Shown in pieces: positions 12,256 through 24,000 of a stretch of DNA of 64,000 nt. Source of the DNA: Emiliania huxleyi CCMP1516 (taxonomy: Eukaryota); contig NW_005201092.1 of NCBI RefSeq assembly GCF_000372725.1, forward strand, positions 408,564-472,563, given 5' to 3'. A model generated the notes under the pieces. That model ran no database searches, was not told where the DNA came from, and was given only the letters and a program-made list of their open reading frames with translations. The position numbers were made by a program, and so were the translations under genes. Numbering within the stretch: the first letter of the stretch is position 1; the number at the start of each line of letters is the position of its first letter.

Positions 12256-13546
12256 AACCTGGTTTGTGGACCTCCCGCACCTGTCCTGACAGTCCTGACA
12301 GAGTCCTGACAGAGTCCTGACAGAGTCCTGACAGAGTCCTGACAGAGTCCTGACAGAGTCCTGGCGGGGTCCTGACGGCGCACGGTCTTCACAGTGCTCA
12401 CAAGTGCCTCCGACGAGACCTCCACCTTCCTTCACTGCAACCCTCCTTCCCCTCCCCCCCAGCAGTGAATGATAGACGCCCAGCCCCCCTTTCGACCGTG
12501 CGCGCCCTCTGCGGAATCGTCCTGATGGGGCAGTCCTGACGCAAACTTGAGAGTCCTGACAGAAACTTGAGAGTCCTGACAGAAACTTAGAGTCCTTACA
12601 GACAAAAGAAATCACCCTCACTCTCGCGCCACTCGGCTCGACCATGAAAGCGCACAAGCAAGAGAGGCGCGGCCATGGTGCAGGCAACATTACAGCCGGC
12701 AACGTGCAAGAAGGCAGCAAAGCTCGGCCACGACGTCCATGGCCCGCGCCCCCCCGATTTGCCACCGGCGGCCTGCAGGCCAGCGCCGAGCAGCGGACCG
12801 ACTGCTGACCGACTGCTGACCGACTGCTGACCGAGGCAGCGCCCACGGCAGCGCCCACAGCAGCGCCCACGGCAGCACCCACGACAGCACCCACGACAAC
12901 GCCCACGGCAGCGCACACGGCTTGGCTGGCCATGTCAGCCGCGCAGGGACCCTCCCGCGGGTCCAACCCGAAGCGCTCGACCGCTCGACGGCGCAAGTCG
13001 GCTGACGGAGCGAGCCGCATAGCCCTCCAGTGCTCACCGCAGGATCAGGCCCGACCGGCCCACGCTCACGGCCTGGCCTGCCTGTGGACCAGCAAACTCG
13101 TTGGCTGTACGCGAGCAAAGAGCTGCGTGGCTGGGTTGTGAGCATACCGTCCCCGTTGCGCCCTTTCCCTCAGTGGAGGGCCGTCCCTGCCCTCGGGAGT
13201 AACTCGACTGTACACCCCTCCCTACTCTCTAGCTAAGGGCTCTGTTCACAGCGGGGGGGCAGTGGTTGTCCTGGCGGAGTCCTGGCGGAGTCCTGACAGA
13301 GTCCTGACAGAGTCCTGACAGAGACCTGACGGAGTCCTGACAGAGTCCTGACGGCCTATTTTGGAGGGTTTCAACTTTGAGGTATTGTTACTATGTGAGG
13401 GTGAAATGAATGAATCAGTTCTTTGGGACAGTGCAATCCTTTTAATTATTACCTCCAACTCAAAAAAAAGTCTGATGTCAAACGGACAACGGGGTCCCTT
13501 ATGGTGGCCTGTAAGGGTAAGGTGCGGGAGGTCCACAAACCAGGTT
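12256..13546. mobile_element. Non-coding segment bounded by perfect 27-bp inverted repeats and flanked by TGGA
   Basis: AACCTGGTTTGTGGACCTCCCGCACCT at 12256-12282 and its reverse complement at 13520-13546. TGGA lies at 12252-12255 and 13547-13550. The interior has (CAGAGTCCTGA)n arrays. Confidence 0.7.
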
Positions 13547-13887
13547 TGGATAGGGTCGATTCCGCATGGTACGGGACCCCTCGATCGTCTCGCCCTCCCT
13601 CTCTGGTGTGTTCATTGGGGGGGGTCATAACAAACACGGTACAGGATCGAGGTGCTTGCCCCACCACTTTGTGTGTGTGGAGAAATCTACCTTACCTTAC
13701 CTTACCTAACCGCGCCCCCCCCCCGGGGGGGGGGGGCAGCGCGGGGCTATCGTGGACACGTGGTCACGGGGAGTTGCACACGCGACACGGCACACCCAGC
13801 ACGCGGTGCGGCCACTCCCACGCCGGCGGGGGCGCACGCGGTGTGATGTTTGCATCTTATTTGCTCGCAAAATGACAAGTTTGCGTG

Positions 13888-14340
13888 CAAATTTGCTGCA
13901 AATTTGACATTTCAAATCCATAAGAGCGTGACACTATGGATTCCGGGTGACACAGGTTTCACGGACACAGTCACCTTGCCTCGGACAGCGCGGCTCTACT
14001 GTCGAGACGAGCAGAGGGCACACAGCACATGCTCCATGTGCAACATGTGCATGTGCATGTTGTGATGATGCGGCGCCGATGGGGGCAGATACCAGGACGA
14101 GGACGACCGGTGAGCGGCATGTGTGCAAGTCATGCGAACGCCGCGTTGCCCAGCCCCACGAGGGGCGCTCTTTCAGGAGACAGGCCCCAGCGTAGCCTGG
14201 CGCGAGTGCAGCCAGGGTCCTACTCTTGTGCACAAGTATTACTATGGCATATGCCAGCAACCATAAGACAGCAATTGCAGCAAATTTGACAAATCTTATG
14301 GTTTTCGAGTGACAGTATGGATTCCGGGTGACACAGGTTC
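13888..14340 (+). repeat. Pair of ~70-bp degenerate direct repeats (GCAAATTTGACA..TATGGATTCCGGGTGACACAGGTT), probably transposon-derived
   Basis: Copies at ~13888-13960 and ~14272-14340. The same pair is in copy B at ~31980-32450. Confidence 0.6.
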
Positions 14341-15870
14341 AGCGGGCGCTGTGGCGCTGCGGCGCCGTCTCCCCGCCCTGTCCACGGAGCAGGCGCGCGG
14401 CGGCACGGCCCTCCACCGGCTGCGGGAGGTGCGCACTTCCCAGTGGAAGCACCAGATGCTCCCTCAGCACACGCAGCTGTGCGCAGCGCAGCGCAGGGGC
14501 CACGCCACGCAAAGCCGACCCTCAGTCTGGCCGAGAGGCTGTCTGCGGAAGGCCTGGCAAGCGCGCACTCGCCTCCTCCGCGGCCATGCCCTCCGCCCGG
14601 GCGAGCGAGCAACACAAGAGTGGAGGCGGATCGCCATACTGTTGTGGCCTAAAGTCTGCGCACAGGTTGTGAGGATCACGATGCCGGCGTGACCAAAAAA
14701 CTGACGGATCCGCTCCTGACAGTGGCATGCACCGCGCTGCGGCGCGTGCCACTGACCACTGTCTTTGTTTGAAGTTAAAAGTCGAATCAGAGCGCCGTCG
14801 GCGCTGATCCTTGTTTTCCTCCCACGGACCCGTCCGGGACCGCTCCGGGACGCACGCCGGCGAACGAAGCACCATCAAGCTGCTGTACGGCCCCGGCATC
14901 GCCTTCCCAGGCTTAGCTAGACTGAGAGATATTGTGGACATGATTGGTCTCAATATATACACTGACACTGAACCTCGCCCAGAGCTCGTCCCGGTCCGTC
15001 ACGGCCATCCTCGGCCTCCGGAGGGCCCCCGGCCGCGGCGCGGTGCGGCGGAGTCACAAATCCGACGGCAGAGCACCGGGACGCGGTCGGGCGATCTGAG
15101 GCCCAACTAGGCGTAGGTCGGGCGATCTGAGGCCCAACTAGGCGCGTGTATGCATTGCCCATCCAGGGCTATCACCTGGACCTATCAACAGGCGCCTGCG
15201 GCGCCGTGCTCACAGCCTGCTTCTCCTACCTGTTCTCACTTTCTTACGGCACAGTACTCGGCTGATTTTTTTCTTTAATGAAGGCGCCCGCCCCACCCCC
15301 CCTCCGGACCAGGTGCCGCCACCACACACCTTCTGGCCGGCCTGAGCCGCGCGGACTCGCCGGCGGGGGCAACGTGTCGACCTCTCTCTCTGGTGCACCA
15401 CGGGCCGCAACGGCCTGCTAGCACTAGCAGCGTGCGCGAGGAGGCAGTGTGCCGGCACAGTCGAGCCGGAGCATCGGGTTCTTGATGCTTGTGGGGTGGG
15501 TCGAGTTTGACCTTATGTGGCATAATATGCAACAATAAGGCTATGCTATCTCCCGGCTTTTTGAGATATGATCCCTCAAAGTCGAATTATGGTTTACTGG
15601 TGATCATAGTACCGTCTGTCTTGTTTGCGTTTCTTCCAACGAATACTTTAAAGTCTCGACAATCACTAAGCTGCTTATGTGGCACCGCAGAGGCTCCCTT
15701 GGGGATGCCTGAGGCCACCCCAACCACTCACCAAGCCTTCCGTGGACGAATTCAAACCCAACGCGGCCAAAGGATATCCACCTCGAGAACCTCGAGAAAC
15801 CTACTTTTATGGTTTACCCACACTAAGCGAGTACCGCTACCGCTTACCCCTTGAGTCGCAGACCTCGGAG

Positions 15871-18124
15871 ATGTCCGCGAGCAAGGCTGACGATGCTGCG
15901 CTCTATCCTTGCCGCATCGACGACCCGTTCTTGCTCTCCTTCCATCCCACCGTGCGCCGAGCTCTCGCGTGGATCTTTGTGACACTGCTCGCGTCGATGT
16001 ACTACCTCCTTCCTGCGACCGTCCTGGTGTCGCTCGCACTCGCCACGTGCGGCCACGTGACGACCGCAGCAGCGATCGGCCTCGTCTTGCTCGGCGGGTC
16101 GCTCCTCCCGCTGCACGAGCGGCCATACACGCGTCGCCTCTGCCAGGCTGCCTTCATGCCCCGCAGTACTGGCTCCTCCTCTCGGCCTCCGCGAACCTCT
16201 ACTCCAGGTCTATCATATCGCAACCTCTAGTGAATCTTCTGTGCTGATCGCACACCATGCCTCCGCCAGGTCTACTACGAGCTCTTCCGCCTGCGACACA
16301 ACCTCACGCAGGAGCGGATCCGCAGGCGGGGCGAGGGGCCGCGTCGAGCGGACATGTCCGGGACACGTCCACGACACGCCTGTGGCATGTCGGCAGGCTG
16401 GTCGAGGACTGCGTCGAGCGGGGCGAGCGCTACATCCTCGGCATGCACCCGCACGGGGTGGTGCCGCTGCAGGTGCTGCTTTGGGTGGCGTTCGCGGACC
16501 AGTACCTCCGCACGGCAGAGCACGGCACGGTGTATGGCTTCGGAGGCATGGCGAGCGTGATCTGCTACCTGCCCGGCCTGCGCACGCTAATGGGCTGGTG
16601 AGCAGCCGGAGCCAGATCTCGGCCATCTCTCGGCCATCTCTCGGCCGTCTCTCGGCATGCTCTCGGCCGCCTCTCGGCCGCATCAAGTGGGCGGAGATGG
16701 TACGCCCGAGAAAGAGAGGGGCCGCCGGTCCATCAGAGAAACGCCGTGAGCAGGTGGACAGGACTGCCCGCCACGTACTCCATCCAGATCTCGGCCAGAT
16801 CTCGCCAGCCTATTCGCAGGTGGACGGGGATGCCTGCCACGTACTCCAACCTCAAGCGCAACCTGACGAGCGGCTCCGGCGCAACCTTCTTGCGGGCAAA
16901 GCACCCGGGCCGGAACCTGTACATGCTGCCCGGCGGCGTCGCCGAGATCTTCACGGCGCAGCCGGCAAGGTGTGTTTGGCTGTGTGCGGAGGGCCGCGCC
17001 TCGCCACACACCTCGGCCTGAGGTAGTGAAGGAGGTAGCGTAGGCACGTCGCCGTGTGGAAGCCTCGGCGCGGGCTCTGCTCGCCTCGCGCCGGTCGAGA
17101 GCCGGAGCCCTGCACGACCCTTCCCCGACCCTTCGCCTAGGCCCGCGGCTTGCAGGCGAGGACGAGGCGAGGAGCCTTGCACGACCCTTCCCCGAACTTT
17201 CGCTTAGGCGCGGGCTCTGCCGCCTCGCGCTCGAGACGGGCGCGCGGCTGACGCCGATGTACGTGTTTGGGGGCAACGACTTCTACTTCCAGTCCCTCAC
17301 GTCTCGGCCTTTGGCTGGGCAGTCAGGGAGCGAGGGCCCGTCCTCTCCTGACTGATGATGCGCGAGTAGGTCCGATTCGTGGCTCGCGAGGACGTCACGC
17401 TCGTTCGGCGAGACGCAGCCGAGAGATAGCCGAGAGACAGCCGAGAGACAGCCGAGAGACAGCCGAGAGGCAGCCGAGAGGCAGCCGAGAGGCAGCCGAG
17501 GTGCAGCCGAGGTGCAGCCGAGGTGCAGCCGAGGGGCAGCCGAGGTGCAGCCGAGGTGCAGCCGAGGTGCAGCCGAGGACGTCACACTTGCTCGACGATA
17601 GCGTCAGCCCTTCCCTCTGGCTATCTCCGTCCCCTTGCGGAGAGTGAGCCTCCTCCCGCCCGCCCGCCCGCCCGCCGCGCACAGGCTGCAGCGTCACCCT
17701 CTTCTGGGGCCGCTGGTGGTGGCTGCCCACGGTGCCGCTCACGCCGCCGCACGGCTGTACCATCGCCATCGCGGAGCCGCTGCCCTCGCGGCGCGCCGCC
17801 GCCGCCGACGGGCGGCCGTCGGACGACGAGGTGGGAGTTAGAGCCGAGATGTGGCAGAGATACAGCCGCGATATGGCCGACGGAGGAGGTGGACGAGGCG
17901 TTGCACACACGCCGGGCCTCGCGCTTGCAGTGCCGCGGGGCTCCTGCTTGTCTCATGACGCGGAGATCGGCGGCCCCGCGCAAGCGCTGGCGGAGAAGCT
18001 CCCGCTATTACCCTTCTCTTAGGTGGAGGCACTGCACGCCGAGTACGAGCGAGCACTCGTCGAAGTGTTTGATCAATACAAGGCGGCGGCGGGCTACCCG
18101 GACGCAGAGCTGACTGTGCTGTAA
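15871..18124 (+). CDS. Diacylglycerol/monoacylglycerol acyltransferase (DGAT2/MGAT family), copy A
   Basis: N-terminal TM segments, YILGMHPHGVVP (HPHG motif), LYMLPGGVAE, RRGLCRLALETGARLTPMYVFG, and last exon VEALHAEYERALVEVFDQYKAAAGYPDAELTVL*. Confidence 0.9.
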
Positions 18125-18456
18125 TCACGGCGCGCGTGCGAGGCGCACTCAGTCTCACGCGTCTTTGTGTTTTATCTGCGCCCAGCTCGCACCGCCAAGC
18201 GATGGCTCCGTTTTCTTGTTTCAGGAACATTGTCCTTGTATGTGCTACCTTTCTATATTTGTGCCAAAGAACGAAAGAAAACAGACGGTCCCAGAGGGGG
18301 AGTTCATTTTATCGATATCCCGGAGGGGGTTAGAGAACGGCGCACAGGCCTCGGAGTAATTCTTTTCGGCAGTGCGGAGCATGAGGTATTCGCTTGTGAT
18401 CTCTCCTTTCTGGCTGGTGGGGTGCTGCTGACGCCAAAGCACGTCGTTCGCCTGAT

Positions 18457-20552
18457 ATGCTTGCCATCGTCTCGGCCATCGCTCCCGCCTTTGCGTGCTA
18501 CGGCGGCAAGGCTCCGTGTGTCAAGCTCAACAGTGGCGTCCTGATGCCGGCTGTCCAGCTCGGGACTGGCGCCTCAGCCTACCTCAACCATTGTCACGAG
18601 CCGCTCCCGAACCCACCGTTCAGCAACATGAGCTGCTTCAAGCGGATGGCGCACGCGTCGGCGAAGCTCTGGCTCGCGGCTGGCGGTAGCGCCATCGAGA
18701 TGGCGCAGGTGCGGCACCGTTCTCTGCGCTCCTCTCTCACTCTGCCGGCGCTCCGTCTCACCCGCCACCTTGCCGCCTCCTGCGCCACCATCGTCATGAA
18801 TGAGAGGTGGCAGCGCCGCCGCTCAGGTCGACCGGAACTCTGTCCCTGTTGCGCGGGCCATCGAGGACGTGCCGCGGTCGCGCCTGTTCCTGGACACAAA
18901 GTGCTGGGGCTCGCAGGGCTTCGCGGCGACCATCGAGTGAGAGCAGATGCCGGCTCGGCCTGGCTCGCTCTCGGCATCTCAGTTCGTCCGACGCTGTTTT
19001 AGGTGCGCCGCCGACAGCATGCAGATGCTCGGCGTGCAGCAGATCGACCTGCTACTGCTGCACCACCCCCTCGCGCCGGCGCTCTCACTCAATGCCGCTC
19101 TCACATTCCGATGCATATCGCTCTGAGTCACCCGAGATCGTACCCTAGGCGCCAGAGTGTTGGGGCTCTCCGGTTTGGGACCAGCGGTGCGACGCGCCTG
19201 CGCCGCTGTACGACCCAGGGCCGGCGCAGCGGCGAGAGAGCTGGCGCGCGCTTGAGTTGCTCGTTAAGGCGCCTGAGGTCATCAGAGAAGACGGCCGAGA
19301 GCACAGCAGAGACACGCCGCTGTGGCGTGTAGGCGGGCCGGGTCCGTGCCATCGGCCTCTCCGACTTTACCGCCAAGCAGGTCGAGGAGGTTCTGCCGCA
19401 CGCGACGATCCTTCCCGCTGTGCTGTCGACGCAGTGGCACCCGGGCAGGTGGCAGCGATTAGAGAGAGGAGCAAGAGGGCACAAAGGGTACTCGTTGGCG
19501 GGTGGACGGAGTGTCTCTGAGCTCGTTGGCTTGGACAGGCACGACGACTCCTTGCTCGCCTTCGCCAAGGCGCACGGCATCACGCTGCAGGCGTGGGGCG
19601 CGCTTGGGGCGGGTGTCTGGGGGCCGAGCATCCTCAAGCACCCCGCTCTCGTCGCAGCGGCGGCGGCGCACAACGTGACTACCGCGCAGGCGCACCATGC
19701 ACTGATTGGGTTGCTTTCGCTCAGTCACGCGTTGGGCAGCCCACGGCTTGGGGCGCACCCCACCCCACGCAACGCAAACGCTTGTGAGCTGCTTGGCCTC
19801 AGGTCGCGCTGCGGTGGTCCGTCCAGCAAGGCGTCGTCGTCATCGCCGGCACTGCAAACGAGGCTCACATGGCGGCGGACCTCGACTTGTGGGGCTTCGA
19901 GCTCAGCGAGGCAGAGATGAAGGCGATCTCGGCGGTGGGCGAGGGCGGCCGAGCTCACTTGCACGCGACTGTCGAGCCGCCCTCGAGCTGGTTCAAGGAG
20001 CTACACCTCGTCGACCTGGTTGGCGGTCACCATCGCGCGGACCACATGCTGCGTGCGCCCGTGCTCGTCGTCCTTCTCTGCCTCTTGCTCCTCAAGTGCG
20101 TCTCCTCGTACGACAAGGTGGCGGTCTCCCCATACGACAAGGTTGCGGTCGTGGCACCCGCGCCCGAAAAGGTGGCGGCAATGGCTCCCGTTCCCGCGCC
20201 ACGCCGCAACCTAGCGGGGGCAGGAGCGCCCGTTGGGCCTCGGCGGGGGCGGCGGATCAACAACTTCAACCCCGACAAGTACAAGCTGTCGCTGTGCCAC
20301 AGGCTCGCTTGCCCTCGCTCGCGCCGCCCCTGTCGCCACGGCGCCGTTGCGCCACCCTGTCGCCTTGTCTCGACGCCGCTCGATGGACGCCCTGCAGTAT
20401 CACCGCGACGCCTTCCCCCTGTGCTGCCTCCGAGCCGGCGCGTGCTCCGCAGGTGGCGCCAGCCGATTCCTGGCAACGGAACACTCATCTGGTCGCTGGG
20501 TGAGCACCCGCCTACGCCGACGCGGCGGCAATCCAAGGCCACGCTTGTCTAG
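18457..20552 (+). CDS. Aldo-keto reductase with possible signal peptide and C-terminal extension (copy A only)
   Basis: VKLNSGVLMPAVQLGT, RSRLFLDTKCW, IDLLLLHHP, GRVRAIGLSDF, HGITLQAWGALG, VALRWSVQQG and DLWGFELSEAEMKAI. The 3' end is uncertain. Confidence 0.85.
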
Positions 20553-21071
20553 AGGTAAGGTAAGGTAAGGTAAACGTCTCTAGAGTTTCCGTTGTCCTCG
20601 CAACGGAGCAGGACGCGCGGGGTTCTATCGTGAGGCTCGCGACGCAGTGTTGTCGTTAGTTGAAGTTGTACGTTTTTATGTACGTTTTGGGGATAGTCGT
20701 TTACACGCTCGCTGGCTGCCTGCGGCGCGACCGACAAGCCGTCCACCGGTCCGCCTCACGGACCGCGCTGCTGGATGGAGGTTAGAGCGAGCCGTACGGC
20801 TCTCTACACCGGGCACGTTACTCGTTACTCAGCGGTTCGTACATGGTACATCCTACACTCAGGGCCGCGCCGGGGCCGCTGGCTTCTGCAGCCTGCTGTG
20901 AGGTAGCTTCTGTGTGCAGGGCCGCGCTGGGAGCCGAGTCATGGACCGGACGTGACCACGGTATGTCGATACACCTCACACTTCGATCTCTCCGCTAGTA
21001 CGCAGAATAAATCTCGCTGGCACGCAGTACGTAACAAGTTTGTGTGTTAGTGTCCAGACCCGCCTTCTCCC

Positions 21072-24000
21072 TTACACGTCAGCGCCTTGCGAGATATGAT
21101 GGTTCGACACTCGTGTCCCGTGCATCTCGGCGATGGGCCGCCCCCGCCGGGGCCGCGTCGCTGCGTGGGGAAAGATCGCCGGGCCGCAAAGCCGTGCAAC
21201 GCACGTTTGCGTGCTCGCGCCGAGGTCCTTAGCCAGGAGCATGTGCGACACCTATTGAACGTTGCCGGGGACCCTCATGATAGAGACTTGGGTGCTGAGA
21301 AGAGAACTCGAGTACCCCGCGCCTTTCGGTGCGGATCGGGAAAGCACGAGCGCGCGAGGTTCTTGTAGAGGCCGTCGACGATCAGCTGCTGAGGCGTAAC
21401 TTCGAACATGCGCGCAAAGAGGCACCCGCCTCGTGCTGGGTCCCTCTCATGAGCCATGATGATGGGCAGTCTGGCCGCGCGCGCCGCTGTGACTTGCTTC
21501 GCTAGCAGCTCGTCAGACCAGGTTGACGAGTTGAGGTAGAGCAGCATGTGGGTAGCTTCTCCGTTGGAGCCGTCTCGATTGATGCTGCTACTACTCACTC
21601 GACGGCTGAGCCATTGAAGCGCATTGGTCGCCTGGCTTTCTTGCTTATCGAGAAGCCCTGGAGGTGGAACTTCGGTGAGGACGATGCGGGGGAACGCAAC
21701 GCGTAGCTCCTCGGCTAGAGCTCGCGCGCCGCGGTTTGCGGTCGATGTCCAAAGAATGAGTGGCTGTGTGAAGCTGAGGCCCTCACTACGGAGCTCACCA
21801 GGGAGGTAAAGCGGCAGGTTGCTCTTCCCGAAGTATCTTGGCGTCTGCAGTAGCGTCGCTTCGGCAATCAGCTTTAGGGAGACGAGCTGGAACTCACGAA
21901 TCCGATGCCAAGGGATTGGCTGACGATTGTCGAAGACTCCATTCTGCAGCTCGGCGGGGCACTCCGCGCGGAGCTCGGCCAGTGCACCGCCTCCCTTCTC
22001 CGGATCCACCTCCTGAACGAGCACAATGGGCTTGTTGTTAGCTAAAGCAGCGCGCACCTCGCGCTGGCAATTCAGCGAGCGAAGGTAGCCCCGTGATAGG
22101 AACAGAAGCACGACACGAGAGCTCGAGATGTACTCCTCCAGAGCGGCGATGCTCTCAAGGTCGTCCACGTCGAGGAAGACTTCGACACCAGGCAGAAGCA
22201 ACCGCAACTGGTTCTTGATCACCGCGGCCGCGTCTTGCCCCGTCGACCAGATGTGGCTCAGAAATAGGTGCCACCGCATGCCTTCCGTGAGCGTCCCTCC
22301 GTCTCGCAGCGGCTCGCGCCCGCTGCTAACGAGTCGGAAGGTGGGTGCGCGGCTTGCCGCTGTGTAGAGCCACAGAACGAGGATGAGCCCAATTCCGAGG
22401 AGGGCGGTGGTGAAGGAGAGGAAGATTGTCGCGAGCTCGAACTGGTCGAGCCCAAACTCGCCGCACGTCCCCATGGAGCACGAGTTGAGGGTCAGCGTGG
22501 CGAGGTAGACGAGGACGAGGCCGATATTGGCGAACATGGCGAGCCGTCCGTCGAGCGTGCGCTTGTACGGCGAGAGGACGTACTGCAGGGTGAGGAAGAG
22601 CATCGAGACGAGCAGCGCGATGATGACGCGGAGCTGCTTCGAGCCCTGTGTATTGATGAGCACGAAGCCGGTCAGCGTCAGCTTGCGGACGAGGTCGAGC
22701 GGCTCCCAGTAGAAGGCGCTGTCCTCGTAGTCCCTCCAGAGAAAGTCGGTCGCACGCAAGAGAGGTGTCGACTGGCGCGTCATGATGTCGCGCCGTGAGG
22801 CGAGTAGCAAGCCGAGGTACAACAGAGGCGCGCCGATGGGCCACACGAAGAGCAGCACGTACGCCCACCGCTGCGCCGTGGCGTACTCTGGCGTGCTGCA
22901 GTCGAGGGAGAGGTCGTCGGCGAGGTAGGCGCGGTACGGCTCCTGCATCCCCGGGAGGACCGCGTCCCGTGTCGGAAACTCGATGCAGTTGAAGGTGCGG
23001 AGGATGTGCGTGCTGGTGGAGGTGACTAGCAAGAATTGTAGAATCAAGATGAGCGGCAGCACACGCAAAAAGCCGCGCCAAAGCGCAGCACGGGTCGAAT
23101 TTGCACTGCTCGCAGCTGCGCTGTGGCGAGCCTGAGCAACGAGCTCCCAGGCGCAGCTGCCGAGGGTCGCGAGGAGGATGGGCGCAAAGGGCAGAAAACC
23201 CCAGGCAATCAGGCGTTTGAGGTAGGAGCCATAGCACGCGGGCGGTAGGAAAAGATCGAGGTCGAAGATATTGACGGCGTTGAAGAGGTTCATGGCCCAC
23301 TCGCTCAGCTGCGGCGGCACCTCATCAAGCTCGTACACGGCCGGCACGACTGCGACTACTTGAAAGAGGTTGATCAGCTGCTTTGTCTTGCATAGCATCC
23401 CCGCCCGCTTCCACAGCAGCGCTATGCGCCGCCCGAGAAGAACGAGCGCACGCGCCACCTTGCCCGAAGGGGCCCACGAGCTGCGGATCACCTTGAGAGT
23501 GCCGAGGCCGAGAGCGCCCGCCGCACAGAGCAGACCGACGAGCAGCATCACCGACTCCGCCGGCCGGTCGCACGGCTGGCAGCGCGCCTTCGAGTTGAGG
23601 AAGTAGCGGATGCCGTTGTCGGTCGTGTTGGTGCAGACCTCGCACTTTGGGCCCTCGTAGAAGGGGTGGCAGAGCGCGTTGCCATCCTCCGACGAGTCGA
23701 CGCCGCCGCGGCACGGGCTCCACTCGTCGCCCATCACCTGCGGCAGCGAGGGAGGAGAGTCGAGGGCGGCAGCGAGGGCGGCAGCGAGGGAGGAGAGTCG
23801 AGGGCGGCAGCGAGGGCGGCAGCGAGGGAGGAGAGTCGAGGGCGGCAGCGAGGGCGGCAGCGAGGGCGGAGGGGTAGAAGGGGTGGAGGCGGCGATGGAA
23901 GGAACCTTGCACGCAAACAGCGTTGACGACTCGTTCGAGGCGCGCCACCAGCCGCTCGACACGTTGAGCGAGCCTACAGGGAAGGTTCCGAGAGGCTTCA

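Noticed and set aside
11230..15800. Transposase or reverse transcriptase ORF within the repeat-rich block
   Set aside because: I found no DDE, RT or tyrosine-recombinase motif in any listed frame.
20553..20573. (GGTAA)n as an interstitial telomere
   Set aside because: It is a short pentamer tract, not a TTAGGG-type repeat, and it is tied to dispersed repeat ends.
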